The notes below the pieces were generated by a model. The model had not been told where the DNA came from, ran no database searches, and was given only the letters and a program-made list of their open reading frames with translations. DNA of 64,000 nucleotides, taken from the NCBI GenBank assembly GCA_033763315.1, contig JANRKS010000028.1:32001-96000 (forward strand). The letters are read 5' to 3'. Both the position numbers and the translations under genes were made by a program. Shown here piece after piece: positions 1 through 9,832 of this stretch. This DNA comes from Deltaproteobacteria bacterium (lineage in GTDB: Bacteria; Myxococcota_A; Polyangia; Fen-1088). Each line of letters begins with the position of its first letter. The stretch's first letter is position 1.

Positions 1-149
1 ACCTGGGTGCCCAGGAAGATGATCCGGTCTTTGAGAAGACGGGAGAAGATATCCCAGCCGCGCTCGCCCCGGTGGGTTTGCTCGATGACCGTGGGAATGA
101 TGATATTGCTGACGGAAGGGGGAAGCGCGTCGTATGGGGAGCGGGACAT
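1..149 (-). CDS. clpP: ATP-dependent Clp protease proteolytic subunit (5' part; runs off window edge)
   Basis: Manual translation of the minus strand from ATG at 149: [49 protein letters not shown], the classic ClpP N-terminus. GAGGTG RBS upstream; lies directly downstream of tig. Confidence 0.95.
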   Translation of the reverse strand, partial: MSRSPYDALPPSVSNIIIPTVIEQTHRGERGWDIFSRLLKDRIIFLGTQ

Positions 150-227
150 CGTCACCTCACTTGAGATTTAGGGAAGTAGTATCGCCGGAAATAAGACGCC
201 TGTCGCGCCTGTCGGGATTCTAAACTT

Positions 228-1553
228 CTACTTCCCCGCCTCTGTGGCCTGTTGAGCCTCTTCCGCCGATACGTCAGCGATCTTAGCCTGGGCCAACAGC
301 AGATCAAGCGTCTTGTCGTCTTGGATCTGGCGCCGCAAGCCGTGGATCTGGCCTGATTTTTCGAGGTCGGCGCGCAGCTTTTTGACGTTCTCTTGGCGGG
401 CGGCGGCCAGTTCTGCCAGCTTCTTCTGCACGTCCGCGTCCGTCACTTCGATCTTCTCAACTTCGGCGATCGCGGCCAACAACACCGACGCGCGCGCCTG
501 GGTTTCGGCTTCCGGCAACGAATCGTTGAACATGCGCTGGTCGTCGATGCCGGCAGCGCCAGGCTCGATGCCCATGCGGGCCAACTGGGCCTTGAACTGT
601 TCCACCATGCTCTTGGCGTAACGTTCAACCATCGAACGGGCCACGGGGAAGTCATTGGCCTTCACCAGCGCCTTCACCGCCTGTTGTGACAATTCGGCGC
701 GGATGCGCTGCTTATCGGAATCTTCAAGCCGCGCGCGAATCTTTTCTTTGAGGCCTGCGAGCGTCTCGGCTTCGCCCGTGTCTTTGGCGAGTTCATCATC
801 GATCGCCGGCACCTTACGGCTGCGAACCTCTTTGACGGTGACCTTCAAGGCCACGTCCTGGCCAGCCAGCTCGCGCATCGGCACGTCGTCGGCGATCTTG
901 TATTTGACCTCGTGATCTTCAGCTTTCACCGAGATGCCATTGAGCTGCGCCGCCAAACCAGGCAGGGGCTCGCGGCTTGGATCCGACAGATCCACGGCGG
1001 CAGTGCGGTGTTTAATCTTGTGGGCGCCGACTTTGCCCGTGACCTCGACCAAAACGAGATCGTCCCCTTTGGTAACGTCGCGACCTTCTTCGATGGGCAA
1101 GTACTGCGTGAGCTGGCGCTGGTGCGTTTCCAACTGTTGCTGGATCTGCGCTTCGTCCACTTTGGCGGGGCGGCGCTTGAGTTCGAGGCCCGTGTAGCCC
1201 TTCGGAACAACCGTTGATTTGATTTCAACCAACGCCGAGAATTTGAAGCCTTGGCCGGCTTTGAGTTCGAGTTTGTCAACCCGGGGTGGGGCGACGGGGG
1301 CAATTTGTTTCTCTTCAATCGCTTGGCCCAACGACAACTCGATGATTTCGCGCGCCACTTCGTCTTCGACGCGGGGGCCGTACATCTTCTCAAGCACGGA
1401 CCGCGGCGCCTTGCCGGGGCGGAAGCCATGCAGCTTCACTTGCTTGCGCAAAGCACTGTAGGCACGTTCCAACCTGGGAGCGACGTCGCCCCAGGGCACT
1501 TCAAAGTCAACGCGCTTTTCAACCGGGGAGATGTCTTCAATGGAGAGCTGCAT
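228..1553 (-). CDS. tig: Trigger factor
   Basis: 441 aa; ribosome-binding signature GFRPGKAP; FKBP-like middle and C-terminal helical region; tig-clpP synteny. Confidence 0.96.
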   Translation of the reverse strand: MQLSIEDISPVEKRVDFEVPWGDVAPRLERAYSALRKQVKLHGFRPGKAPRSVLEKMYGPRVEDEVAREIIELSLGQAIEEKQIAPVAPPRVDKLELKAGQGFKFSALVEIKSTVVPKGYTGLELKRRPAKVDEAQIQQQLETHQRQLTQYLPIEEGRDVTKGDDLVLVEVTGKVGAHKIKHRTAAVDLSDPSREPLPGLAAQLNGISVKAEDHEVKYKIADDVPMRELAGQDVALKVTVKEVRSRKVPAIDDELAKDTGEAETLAGLKEKIRARLEDSDKQRIRAELSQQAVKALVKANDFPVARSMVERYAKSMVEQFKAQLARMGIEPGAAGIDDQRMFNDSLPEAETQARASVLLAAIAEVEKIEVTDADVQKKLAELAAARQENVKKLRADLEKSGQIHGLRRQIQDDKTLDLLLAQAKIADVSAEEAQQATEAGK

Positions 1554-1699
1554 GGGAAGGGCTAAGGTTATTCAGGACTACGGCCCCCACGTCAACAGCC
1601 ACGAAGCCGCCGAATGCTGGGGCGACACAAGACATTGCGTCGCGCCAGAGGGTTTAAGCTTGCGCCAAACCCCGCGCTCGTACACCATACCGCCCTTAC

Positions 1700-3415
1700 A
1701 TGTCGTCAGGAGGATTCAGCACGCTAGGCGATCGCCTAGGTATTAAGGTGGCAGAGTGCCGCGTGCGTGGCTGCACCCGTACCTGGACCGATCTGTCTAG
1801 CAATCCAAAGCTGGGCGACGCCGGGGTCACCGACGACACCAAAGGCATGTGCGAGTCATGCCGCCGACGCTGGCCGAAGCTGGCCGACAAAGACATGCCG
1901 TGCGCGCGCGAGGGCTGCGAAGGCACATGGCGCTACAGCCGCGAATCGCAACTAGAGCACCTGGCCTCGGGCCGCCCCGATCCGAAGCACTTCTGTGGCG
2001 CCTGCGACGAAAAGCTTAAGAGCCTCGAAACAGTTGAAGCCACCTGCGCCGTCCCCGGCTGCGGCCGCACGGCACGCCTGACGCCAAAACAACAATTGCT
2101 GGGCGATGTGGGCGGCGTTGACCTTGCGGAAGGTGGCATCACCTACACGGGGCCGCTGTGCAAGCGCTGCGCGGAAAAAGGCCCGTACATCAAAGACGTG
2201 GCCGTGGCTTGCGGCATCCAGAAGTGCAAGCGCACTTGGACATGGAAGGCTGATGAGCAGATGCAGGCGTTTGCTTCTGGCAAGCCGAACATCGCTCCTC
2301 GCCGCATGTGTGACACCTGCCGCGATGCTTTCGGTAAACTTTTAGACCGCGACATTCGCTGCCGCGCTTCAGGCTGCAAGAAAACCTGGCAGTGGACGCG
2401 CGAACAGCAGCTTGACGCCGCGGTTGCAGATAAGCCGCTGCCCAAGCCTCCGTCACATCTTTGCACAGACTGCTTCAAGATCTGGAGCGGCCTTAAAGAC
2501 GAAGAGCGACCGTGCCGTCGCTCGGGGTGCAAGAACACCTGGACAGAAAAGCGCGGCGCCCAACTGGCCCGCATTCTGCGTGGCAAAACCGGTGAGCCGT
2601 TTCCTCAGTTCTGCGCTTCATGCGCGGGCGAGGTGGAACACCTCAAGGATCGCGAAGTGCCCTGCAAGAGCGAAGGGTGCAAGCGCACCTGGACCTGGAC
2701 GGCGCAACAGCAGTTCATCGCGGGCGTTCGCCCCCTGCCCTCGCAGCTGCCCAAAGTGGCGGTTGAGGCAAAGCCTGCGGATCCGAACGCATCCAGTGGC
2801 GCTGATGAGTCGGTCACGCACGAGGCACAGCCAGCGGCGGTGCAAGCGTCGCATGAAGACGTTCAAGCCGAGGCCGCCGGTGCGGATGAGGCCCACGATC
2901 ACGACGAACAGCACGATGATGTGGGAGCCGAGCCGGCTGGGGCCGAAGGCGCGGAGGCCGAGGGCACCGAGACGCCCGAGGGTGGTGAGGTCAATGCATC
3001 CGAAGCCACCGGCGCCAACGGAGAAACCGCCACCGCAGCGCCCACAAAGAAGCGCCGCCGCCGGCGTCGCCGCGCGCGGAACCACGTTCACGCCCCGAGC
3101 CGTCACTGCGGCTTTTGCACTGATTTCCTGGCCAAGCACAAGACCATCGAATTGCCCTGCGCCAGCTGCGGCACGCCGATTTTCTGGCCGCCCGAGAGCC
3201 AGCTGCAAACCGAACTTGGCAATTGGGAGATCCCGAAGCTGTGCGGGGCGTGTAAGCGCGACGCCACAGAGGCCGAGCGCATCCGCGCCAAAGAGGAAAT
3301 CATCAGCCACGCGCCTCACGCGGCCGGCTCTGCCCACCCGGCTCCCCAAGCGCCCGTCCCAGAACCAGAGACGCCGCCTGCCGAGGCGCCGTCTGCTGAT
3401 TCTACGCCTGCCTAA
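1700..3415 (+). CDS. Tandem zinc-ribbon repeat protein (zf-trcl-like, 8 units) with acidic insert and KKRRRRRRR patch
   Basis: 571 aa; repeated C-x4-C-x2-TW.W...Q...P..C-x2-C units (e.g. DIRCRASGCKKTWQWTREQQ...PSHLCTDC). Confidence 0.8.
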   Translation: MSSGGFSTLGDRLGIKVAECRVRGCTRTWTDLSSNPKLGDAGVTDDTKGMCESCRRRWPKLADKDMPCAREGCEGTWRYSRESQLEHLASGRPDPKHFCGACDEKLKSLETVEATCAVPGCGRTARLTPKQQLLGDVGGVDLAEGGITYTGPLCKRCAEKGPYIKDVAVACGIQKCKRTWTWKADEQMQAFASGKPNIAPRRMCDTCRDAFGKLLDRDIRCRASGCKKTWQWTREQQLDAAVADKPLPKPPSHLCTDCFKIWSGLKDEERPCRRSGCKNTWTEKRGAQLARILRGKTGEPFPQFCASCAGEVEHLKDREVPCKSEGCKRTWTWTAQQQFIAGVRPLPSQLPKVAVEAKPADPNASSGADESVTHEAQPAAVQASHEDVQAEAAGADEAHDHDEQHDDVGAEPAGAEGAEAEGTETPEGGEVNASEATGANGETATAAPTKKRRRRRRRARNHVHAPSRHCGFCTDFLAKHKTIELPCASCGTPIFWPPESQLQTELGNWEIPKLCGACKRDATEAERIRAKEEIISHAPHAAGSAHPAPQAPVPEPETPPAEAPSADSTPA

Positions 3416-3803
3416 ACCGCTGCTGCAGCCGATGCACCAGCGGAATGTCCGCGGGAGGCAGTTTGAGCGTCAGCACGTCACTTAGCGGCACCCAACGTAC
3501 GTCGTGCACCTGCACGGCCGTGGGAGCGCCGCGCGTGACCGTGCATTCATATAGCAACATGTAGAGGTCGAAGGACTCGTAGGCGTAGAACACCACGTCC
3601 ACCACGCCACCCACTTTTATCTCGCAGCCGAGCTCCTCCGCTATCTCGCGGACCAGCGCCGCCTCTGGCGACTCTCCGGGTTCGATCTTGCCGCCTGGGA
3701 ACTCCCAACATAGAGGCAGTGACTGGTCGGGTCGCCGCTGCGACAAACACACGCGATCACCATCGCGCAGCCATGCCGCCACCACCAAAAGCCGTGATCG
3801 CAT
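3402..3803 (-). CDS. NUDIX hydrolase, MutT/NudG family (d)NTP pyrophosphohydrolase
   Basis: WEFPGGKIEPGESPEAALVREIAEELG Nudix box; C-terminal LPPADIP; start trimmed to ATG 3803 (MRSRLLVVAAW). Confidence 0.9.
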   Translation of the reverse strand: MRSRLLVVAAWLRDGDRVCLSQRRPDQSLPLCWEFPGGKIEPGESPEAALVREIAEELGCEIKVGGVVDVVFYAYESFDLYMLLYECTVTRGAPTAVQVHDVRWVPLSDVLTLKLPPADIPLVHRLQQRFRQA

Positions 3804-3810
3804 AAGGCGA

Positions 3811-5808
3811 TCAATGCCGGATTTGGCTTGGATCAGCAAGCTCTGGCAAACGCAAAACAGGGCTGCGACGTGTGCCTTGGTCCTGCGCCAGCGCATCGAT
3901 GCGCGACAGAAGTTCATCAAGAGCGAATGGTTTGTGGATGCACGCCGGAGGCGACTCCTCAAGGAAACGCCGGGCTTCGGGGGCAAAAGCCCCGCCCGTG
4001 ATGAACAAGAACCGCTGCGGCAGTTCAGGATAAAGTTCCCGCACAGCCGCGAAGAATTCTGCGCCCGACATCCCAGGCATCTGCAGATCACACAAGATCA
4101 CGTCGAAATCGCGGTCAATGGCCAGCAGCGCGAGGGCTTCTGTGGCGCTGCCCCGGATCTCCACATCATGATGATCGATCAGCATGCGGCGGTAGGCTTT
4201 CAGCAGCAATGTTTCGTCGTCCACCGCCAAGACGCGGCGTCGCCGACCGGTGCGGCCTTCAACCTTAGGAGATGGAGGTTGATCTTTCGCGGCCAAGAAC
4301 GGCAGCGTCACGCGAAACAAAGCGCCGCGCCCTGGTTCACTTTCCGCTTCGATCTTGCCGCCCAACGACAGGACGATGTCACGCGAGATTGGCAAGCCGA
4401 GGCCGGTGCCAACGCCACGTGGCTTGGTTGTGTAGAACGATTCGAACACGCGGCTCATCACGTCGGCGGCAATGCCGGGGCCGCTGTCTTGGATTTCAAC
4501 GACGACACCGGACGGGGTGTCGAAACTGCGCACCCACAGACGGTTGCGCTCGGGGCCACCTTCAGACATCGCGTGGGCCGCGTTCAAAATGATGTTGAGG
4601 AAAACTTGGCCGAGACGAGCCGCGCCGCCCGGCACATGGCGTGTGGCACGCAGATCGCGGATGACTGTGGCGCGGTAACGAAGCTCGTTGCGTAGCATCG
4701 ACAGCGCAGACTCCAAAGATACATTCGCGTCGGTTGCCACCTGGGTGTCGTCATCCACACGCGAGAACGAATGCAAATCACGCACGATGCGCGTGATGCG
4801 TGCCATGCCCTCCTTGGATTCTTGCAAAATGCTCATGGCATCGAACATCAGCGCCTGCGCCCCCAACGAACGAGCCACGCGTGGCTGGCTCGCAAGCTTT
4901 TCGTCCATCGTCTGCAACACCGACAGCACAGAATCTAGGTTGTGCAGAACAAAGGAAGCGGGGTTGTTGATCTCGTGCGCCACGCCCGCAGCCAGCAAGC
5001 CGATCGATGCCAGCTTTTCTGCCTGTAGACGCCTCACTTCGAGATCGCGCGCGTCCGTGACGTCGCGCATGTGCAGAAGCACGCGGTCTACCGCGGGGTA
5101 GGCGGCCACCAAGAGCTGCCGTTGGTCGCGCGATATCACGAGTTCGACGCGCTGGTTGGAGTGTCGCGCCTGGCTTGCCAGCGCCGCTAGATCAGGATCC
5201 ACGATCTCTGCGGCAACATCGCGGGGGTCACGCATGCGTCGGCCGGCGGTGTTTTCAAGCACAACCACGCCGTCGTTGTCTAACAGCAACACACCATCTT
5301 CAATCAGGTTTACGGCTTCTCGAAGCACGTCCCGTTCACTGCGCACTTCGTCGGCCAAAGCTGCGACTTTGCGCGTGTGTTCCACAACTTTGATCTCAAG
5401 CTCCGAGTTGTGACGGCGGGTTTCCGCGGCCAAGCGCTTCGAACGCAAGTTGAGATCCACGCGGCCACGAATCTCATCGGCCGAAGACGACGACAACAAC
5501 ATGTCATCGAGATCGCCTGGCAAAAGCGTGCCCGGCGCGCCGAGTTCAGGCCACGCATCAACAATGAGGACGGTGGGCAACGATCGCAAGCGACTCAGGC
5601 GGGCGACCTTGCCGCACAGGGCCTCCGCGCCACCGCCCTCCAGCAAGATGTGGACGAGCAGCAGATCGCTCTCCCGCACACCTGACAACTCTTCGAGCGC
5701 TGAATTGACGTCAGAGCAAACGGCGACCACGTGGCCCGCCTGGCCTAAAGCCACAGTGAAGTGGCGAGAAACGCCCGGAGCCGAAGCGGCAAGAACAAGG
5801 CGGGCCAT
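3811..5808 (-). CDS. Hybrid sensor histidine kinase (degenerate REC - PAS-like - HisKA - HATPase - REC)
   Basis: H-box GVAHEINNPA, N-box QVFLNIILNA, DSGPGI, FYTTK, GTGLGL; C-terminal receiver LAVDDE...ILCDLQMPG...HKPF. Confidence 0.92.
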   Translation of the reverse strand: MARLVLAASAPGVSRHFTVALGQAGHVVAVCSDVNSALEELSGVRESDLLLVHILLEGGGAEALCGKVARLSRLRSLPTVLIVDAWPELGAPGTLLPGDLDDMLLSSSSADEIRGRVDLNLRSKRLAAETRRHNSELEIKVVEHTRKVAALADEVRSERDVLREAVNLIEDGVLLLDNDGVVVLENTAGRRMRDPRDVAAEIVDPDLAALASQARHSNQRVELVISRDQRQLLVAAYPAVDRVLLHMRDVTDARDLEVRRLQAEKLASIGLLAAGVAHEINNPASFVLHNLDSVLSVLQTMDEKLASQPRVARSLGAQALMFDAMSILQESKEGMARITRIVRDLHSFSRVDDDTQVATDANVSLESALSMLRNELRYRATVIRDLRATRHVPGGAARLGQVFLNIILNAAHAMSEGGPERNRLWVRSFDTPSGVVVEIQDSGPGIAADVMSRVFESFYTTKPRGVGTGLGLPISRDIVLSLGGKIEAESEPGRGALFRVTLPFLAAKDQPPSPKVEGRTGRRRRVLAVDDETLLLKAYRRMLIDHHDVEIRGSATEALALLAIDRDFDVILCDLQMPGMSGAEFFAAVRELYPELPQRFLFITGGAFAPEARRFLEESPPACIHKPFALDELLSRIDALAQDQGTRRSPVLRLPELADPSQIRH

Positions 5809-6207
5809 GCGCTATCCCTGATTGCCGAAACGCGCGCGTGTTGAAACCGTCCTGCGCAGGCCGGGCATGCACAAAACGAGCAAGCGCGCGAAGGCAACAC
5901 AACCAGCCCCGCACACCCCTTTACCATCCAACAGCGAACAGAAACTCGTCATAGATGCGCAAGACCTGGCTTGCGCCTCCTCATAATCAGGCCGAAACCC
6001 GCGATGAGGCAAGTTCATTTCGTAATCGCTGACGCGCATACATCTAGGTACACAGGAGCCAAGCGTTGTGACCGGAATGGGCTTTCGCGGCCATTCTGCT
6101 TCGTTGCTCCGTTGTAACGACGGTGACAAAGAAGTAAGTGGGTGAGCACACAAAGACGTTACGGGACCCGCTCAAGGCGGTCTGCTAGCCCGTCGATGCT
6201 ATGGCTC

Positions 6208-7302
6208 ATGAGCGAGTTGGTCAATGAGGAGGTGCCGGCGGCGAAAGTCCTTTACGTGGACGACGAACCCAACCTTTGCCGCGCGTTCTTGCGCATATTT
6301 GGCAACGAGCCCGGCTTGAACGTACACGTGATGACGTCCCCAGCGGCGGCTTTGGATCTCATCGACAAGGAATCGTTCGATGTGATCGTATCGGATCTGC
6401 GCATGCCTGAAATGGATGGCATCGCCTTTTTAGCGAACGCGCGGCGCCAACGCCCTGAGGCGCGGCGCCTGTTGATCAGTGGATACGCCGATTTCGAGAC
6501 GGCGCTGGTGGCGATTAACAAAGTTGGCGTCGATCGGCTGCTCACCAAACCCTGGAACACCTACGAAGTTGTGAGTGCGGTGCAGGCCGCGGCTGATCAC
6601 GTGTCATTGCTGCGAGAGAACGCGCGCGTTCACGAAGAGCTACGGCGAAAGAACAAAGAGTTGGGGAGGATGAACCGCCAGCTCGATTTGATGCTCGAAG
6701 AACGCACAAGCAACCTTTTGGATAGCCTCGTGTCGGCGCTCGATCTGCGCGACTCGGAGACGCAGTGGCACTCGCGGCGCGTGGGCCTTTACGCGCGTCG
6801 CCTCGCCAGCGAGCTTGGCATCGCTGGCAAAGATCTGGACGACATTGAACGCGGCAGTATTTTGCACGACATCGGCAAAATCGGCGTTCGCGACGCTGTG
6901 TTGCTGAAGCCGGGCCCACTCAATGACGAGGAGTGGGTGGAGATGAAGCGCCATCCCGCGCTGGGTTTCGAGATGCTCAAGGACATCGGCTTTCTTGAAC
7001 ACGCTCGTTTGATTCCGCTGCAGCACCAAGAGCGGTACGACGGCTCGGGCTACCCTGGTGGTCTGCGGGGTGAACAAATCAGCATTGGGGCGCGAATCTT
7101 CGCGGTCGTCGACACCTACGACGCCATCACCAGCAACCGGCCCTATCGCAAAGCGCGCACGTACGCCGTGGCCCGCAGTGAAATCGAACGGTGCGCCAAC
7201 ACGCAATTCGATCCCAAGGTGGTCAGCGCGTGGCTACGGGTTCCTGAAGGCGACTGGCATGCGATCCGCCAGTCCCTAGAAGCCAAGGGCGCCGACGATT
7301 AG
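6208..7302 (+). CDS. Response regulator with HD-GYP domain (RpfG-like cyclic-di-GMP phosphodiesterase)
   Basis: Receiver LYVDDE...VSDLRMPEMDG...TKPW; ILHDIGK and HQERYDGSGYP motifs; RPYRK. Start uncertain (6142/6196/6208). Confidence 0.92.
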   Translation: MSELVNEEVPAAKVLYVDDEPNLCRAFLRIFGNEPGLNVHVMTSPAAALDLIDKESFDVIVSDLRMPEMDGIAFLANARRQRPEARRLLISGYADFETALVAINKVGVDRLLTKPWNTYEVVSAVQAAADHVSLLRENARVHEELRRKNKELGRMNRQLDLMLEERTSNLLDSLVSALDLRDSETQWHSRRVGLYARRLASELGIAGKDLDDIERGSILHDIGKIGVRDAVLLKPGPLNDEEWVEMKRHPALGFEMLKDIGFLEHARLIPLQHQERYDGSGYPGGLRGEQISIGARIFAVVDTYDAITSNRPYRKARTYAVARSEIERCANTQFDPKVVSAWLRVPEGDWHAIRQSLEAKGADD

Positions 7303-7303
7303 A

Positions 7304-7645
7304 TTAGGCTCGATCGCCAAGCTGATCGATTCGGTCGATTTTGGCGGCCAGAATGAAATCGTTCTCGGACAAACCACCCACGTCGTGGGTCCAAACCGTG
7401 ACATTGACGGTCGCGTAGCTCACGGCAAAATCGGGGTGATGGCCTTCGGACTCGGCAAGTTCCGCCAGGCGATTCACAAACGCCATCGAACCGCGGAAGT
7501 CACGAAACTTGAACTGACGACGTAGCTGACGCTCATCTGCGATCGTCCATGCTGGTATCTCGACCGCGAGCGACGCAATTTGTAGGGCGGTCAGTTTGGC
7601 GATTCCACCTGTGCAGGGCGCACACTTTCGGCTCGAGAGGTCCAT
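7304..7645 (-). CDS. phhB: Pterin-4-alpha-carbinolamine dehydratase
   Basis: AESEGHHPDF, WTHDVGGLSENDFILAAKID motifs; start trimmed to MDLSSRKCAPC. Confidence 0.9.
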   Translation of the reverse strand: MDLSSRKCAPCTGGIAKLTALQIASLAVEIPAWTIADERQLRRQFKFRDFRGSMAFVNRLAELAESEGHHPDFAVSYATVNVTVWTHDVGGLSENDFILAAKIDRIDQLGDRA

Positions 7646-7728
7646 GGACACGTAGGTTACCAAGCGGGGCAGCCACGTCACCTTGTTATGCGGTTGCGCT
7701 GCGCGCCGGCCTCTGGCAGTTTTGCCGG

Positions 7729-8112
7729 ATGTCTAGTGCGGTCACCAACGGCATTCGCGTCACTGTGAAAAGCCAATACATCGCCGATCGCTCTGCCCCG
7801 CGCGAACGGCGGTATGCCTTCTCTTATACGGTCACAATCCGCAACGAAGGCGCGGAGAGCGCGCAGCTGTTGAGCCGTCACTGGATCATCGTGGACAACG
7901 AAGGCGGCCAGCAAGAGGTCAAAGGTGAAGGCGTGGTGGGTGTGCAGCCGATGCTTCGGCAAGGCGAGAGCTTCGAGTACACCAGCTGGTGTGTGATCCC
8001 CACGCCCTCGGGCGCCATGCGCGGCACGTACCAGATGGTGGCAAACAGTGGCAAACGATTCGACGCCGAAATCGCCCCCTTTCGATTGGGCTTGCCTAAC
8101 TCTTTGAACTAG
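7729..8112 (+). CDS. apaG: ApaG domain protein
   Basis: YAFSYTVTIRN, QLLSRHWII, GEGVVGVQP, FEYTS, GAMRGTY motifs. Confidence 0.95.
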   Translation: MSSAVTNGIRVTVKSQYIADRSAPRERRYAFSYTVTIRNEGAESAQLLSRHWIIVDNEGGQQEVKGEGVVGVQPMLRQGESFEYTSWCVIPTPSGAMRGTYQMVANSGKRFDAEIAPFRLGLPNSLN

Positions 8113-8119
8113 GTGGCGC

Positions 8120-8842
8120 ATGCGCATCTTGGCAGGGACCAGTGGGTTTTCTTACGCGCCTTGGAAAGGCTCGTTTTATCCCGAAAAACTGCCTAGCAAG
8201 CAGATGCTGGCGTTTTATGCCACGCAGTTGCCCGCGGTGGAGATCAACAACAGTTTCTACCGCATGCCCAAACCAGCGGATCTGACGGCCTGGGCCGATC
8301 AAACGCCAGACACCTTTCGGTTCGTATTGAAAGCCCCCAAACGCATCTCGCATGTGCAGAAGCTTGTTGAGTCGGGGTCGGACGTCGCTCGGCTGGGTGA
8401 AGTGGCGGCTGCATTGGGGCCGAAGCTGGGACCGGTGCTGATACAGCTGCCGCCGTTTTTGCGGGTGGATGCGCCTCGCCTGCGGGCCTTCTTGGCGGTC
8501 CTGCGCGAGGTGGCGCCGCGTCTGTCGCCTGCCTTTGAGTTCCGTCACGCCTCTTGGTTTTGCGAGGAAGTGTATGCGGCGCTATCGGAAGCCAAGGCCG
8601 CGCTGTGTATCGCTGACGACGAAAAATTGACCACGCCGATGGTTGCCACCGCCCCTTGGGGCTACCTGCGCCTACGGCAAGAGGGGTACGACGACCAGGC
8701 TTTGGCTTCCTGGTGGGACCAGGTGCAAAAGCAAAGTTGGTCGGAGGCCTATGTCTTCTTCAAACATGAGGACGCTGGGGTTGGTCCGCGGTTGGCCAAA
8801 GCGTTCCTGGGTTTAGCGGGTTCCCCAACCCCCGCGCCTTGA
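8120..8842 (+). CDS. DUF72 (YecE-like) protein
   Basis: GTSGFSY..W.G.FYP, VEINNSFY, LIQLPP, EFRHASW, YLRL motifs. Confidence 0.92.
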   Translation: MRILAGTSGFSYAPWKGSFYPEKLPSKQMLAFYATQLPAVEINNSFYRMPKPADLTAWADQTPDTFRFVLKAPKRISHVQKLVESGSDVARLGEVAAALGPKLGPVLIQLPPFLRVDAPRLRAFLAVLREVAPRLSPAFEFRHASWFCEEVYAALSEAKAALCIADDEKLTTPMVATAPWGYLRLRQEGYDDQALASWWDQVQKQSWSEAYVFFKHEDAGVGPRLAKAFLGLAGSPTPAP

Positions 8843-8908
8843 GGGCCCGACGCGGTAGGATATGTAAGTTTTTTGCCTACTGCGATTTGAGCCTATACTG
8901 TGAAGCGC

Positions 8909-9778
8909 ATGGCAGCGCGCTCCATAGCAAAGGGAAGCATCTCCTTCGGGTTGGTGGCAATCCCCGTCAAGCTTTACCCGGCCACCCAACCGCAGGCGGG
9001 GTTGTCGTTCAACTTGCTCGACAAGGAAACGGGGGGGCGACTCAAACAGCAATACGTGCGGGCCAGCGACGGCGAGATCGTCGAGCGCTCACAAATGGTC
9101 AAAGGTTACGAATTCGCCAAAGGCCAATACGTGACGTTTACGCCCGAGGAGCTCAAGTCCCTTGAAGAGCGCGGCAGCCAAGCCATCGAGATAGAGGAGT
9201 TCGTTCCCCGGGCGGCGGTGGATCCCATTCACTACGACAAGCCTTACTATTTAGGCCCCGAGCGCGGCGGCGAGAAGGCCTACCGTTTGTTGAGTGAAGT
9301 CATGACAGAAACCGACCGCGTGGCGATCGCCCGGTACGCGGCGCGCGGCAAACAATATCTCGTGATGCTTCGGCCCGCAGAAAAGGGGCTGGTGATGCAA
9401 CAGCTGCTGTATGCGGACGAAGTGCGCCCGATGAGCGACGTGCCGATCCCCGACGTTGAGCCCAAGCACGGCGAGTTGCAGCTGGCGCGCCAATTGGTGG
9501 AGCAAATCTCGAAGCAGACGTTCGACGTCAAAGCCTATAAGGATGAAGTGCGCGAACGGATCAACGCTGACATTCAGCGGAAGATCGAAGGCCATGAGAT
9601 CGAGCAGTTGGAAGAGGCTTCGGAGCCGGCGCAGGTGATCGACCTCATGGAAGCCCTCAAGGCAAGTTTGGCCGCCCACGCCGCTGCAACTTCTGCCCAG
9701 GCGGAACAGCGCCGGCCTGCCAAGCTTTCAAGCGATTCACCACCGGCCCGCAAACGCTCCAAGGCGGGGGCCGAATAA
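8909..9778 (+). CDS. ku: Non-homologous end-joining protein Ku
   Basis: GSISFGLVAIPVKLY, KGYE, YDKPYYL, VIDLMEALKASL motifs; basic C-terminal tail. Confidence 0.95.
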   Translation: MAARSIAKGSISFGLVAIPVKLYPATQPQAGLSFNLLDKETGGRLKQQYVRASDGEIVERSQMVKGYEFAKGQYVTFTPEELKSLEERGSQAIEIEEFVPRAAVDPIHYDKPYYLGPERGGEKAYRLLSEVMTETDRVAIARYAARGKQYLVMLRPAEKGLVMQQLLYADEVRPMSDVPIPDVEPKHGELQLARQLVEQISKQTFDVKAYKDEVRERINADIQRKIEGHEIEQLEEASEPAQVIDLMEALKASLAAHAAATSAQAEQRRPAKLSSDSPPARKRSKAGAE

Positions 9779-9823
9779 GCGCGATTGCTCGCATCTCAAC
9801 GCCGTCAAGCGGCGACGCGCAAT

Positions 9824-9832
9824 TTATCCACA
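9824..9832 (+). promoter_or_regulatory. Single perfect DnaA box (TTATCCACA) in the ku / MerR-TPR intergenic region
   Basis: Exact consensus 9-mer; isolated, so may be chance. Confidence 0.25.

Noticed and set aside
1554-1699. tRNA gene upstream of tig (a common arrangement)
   Set aside because: No cloverleaf or T-loop GTTCRA consensus is visible in the gap.
2412-4695. Long alternative-frame ORFs (2412-3485, 3688-4695; likewise 12861-13910, 22662-23636, 58441-59466)
   Set aside because: Shadow ORFs typical of high-GC DNA; they overlap well-supported genes and have no recognisable motifs.
5809-6207. Cyclic-di-GMP riboswitch or small gene in the kinase / HD-GYP gap
   Set aside because: No GEMM-type consensus was recognised, and the 113-aa ORF there has no protein-like features.
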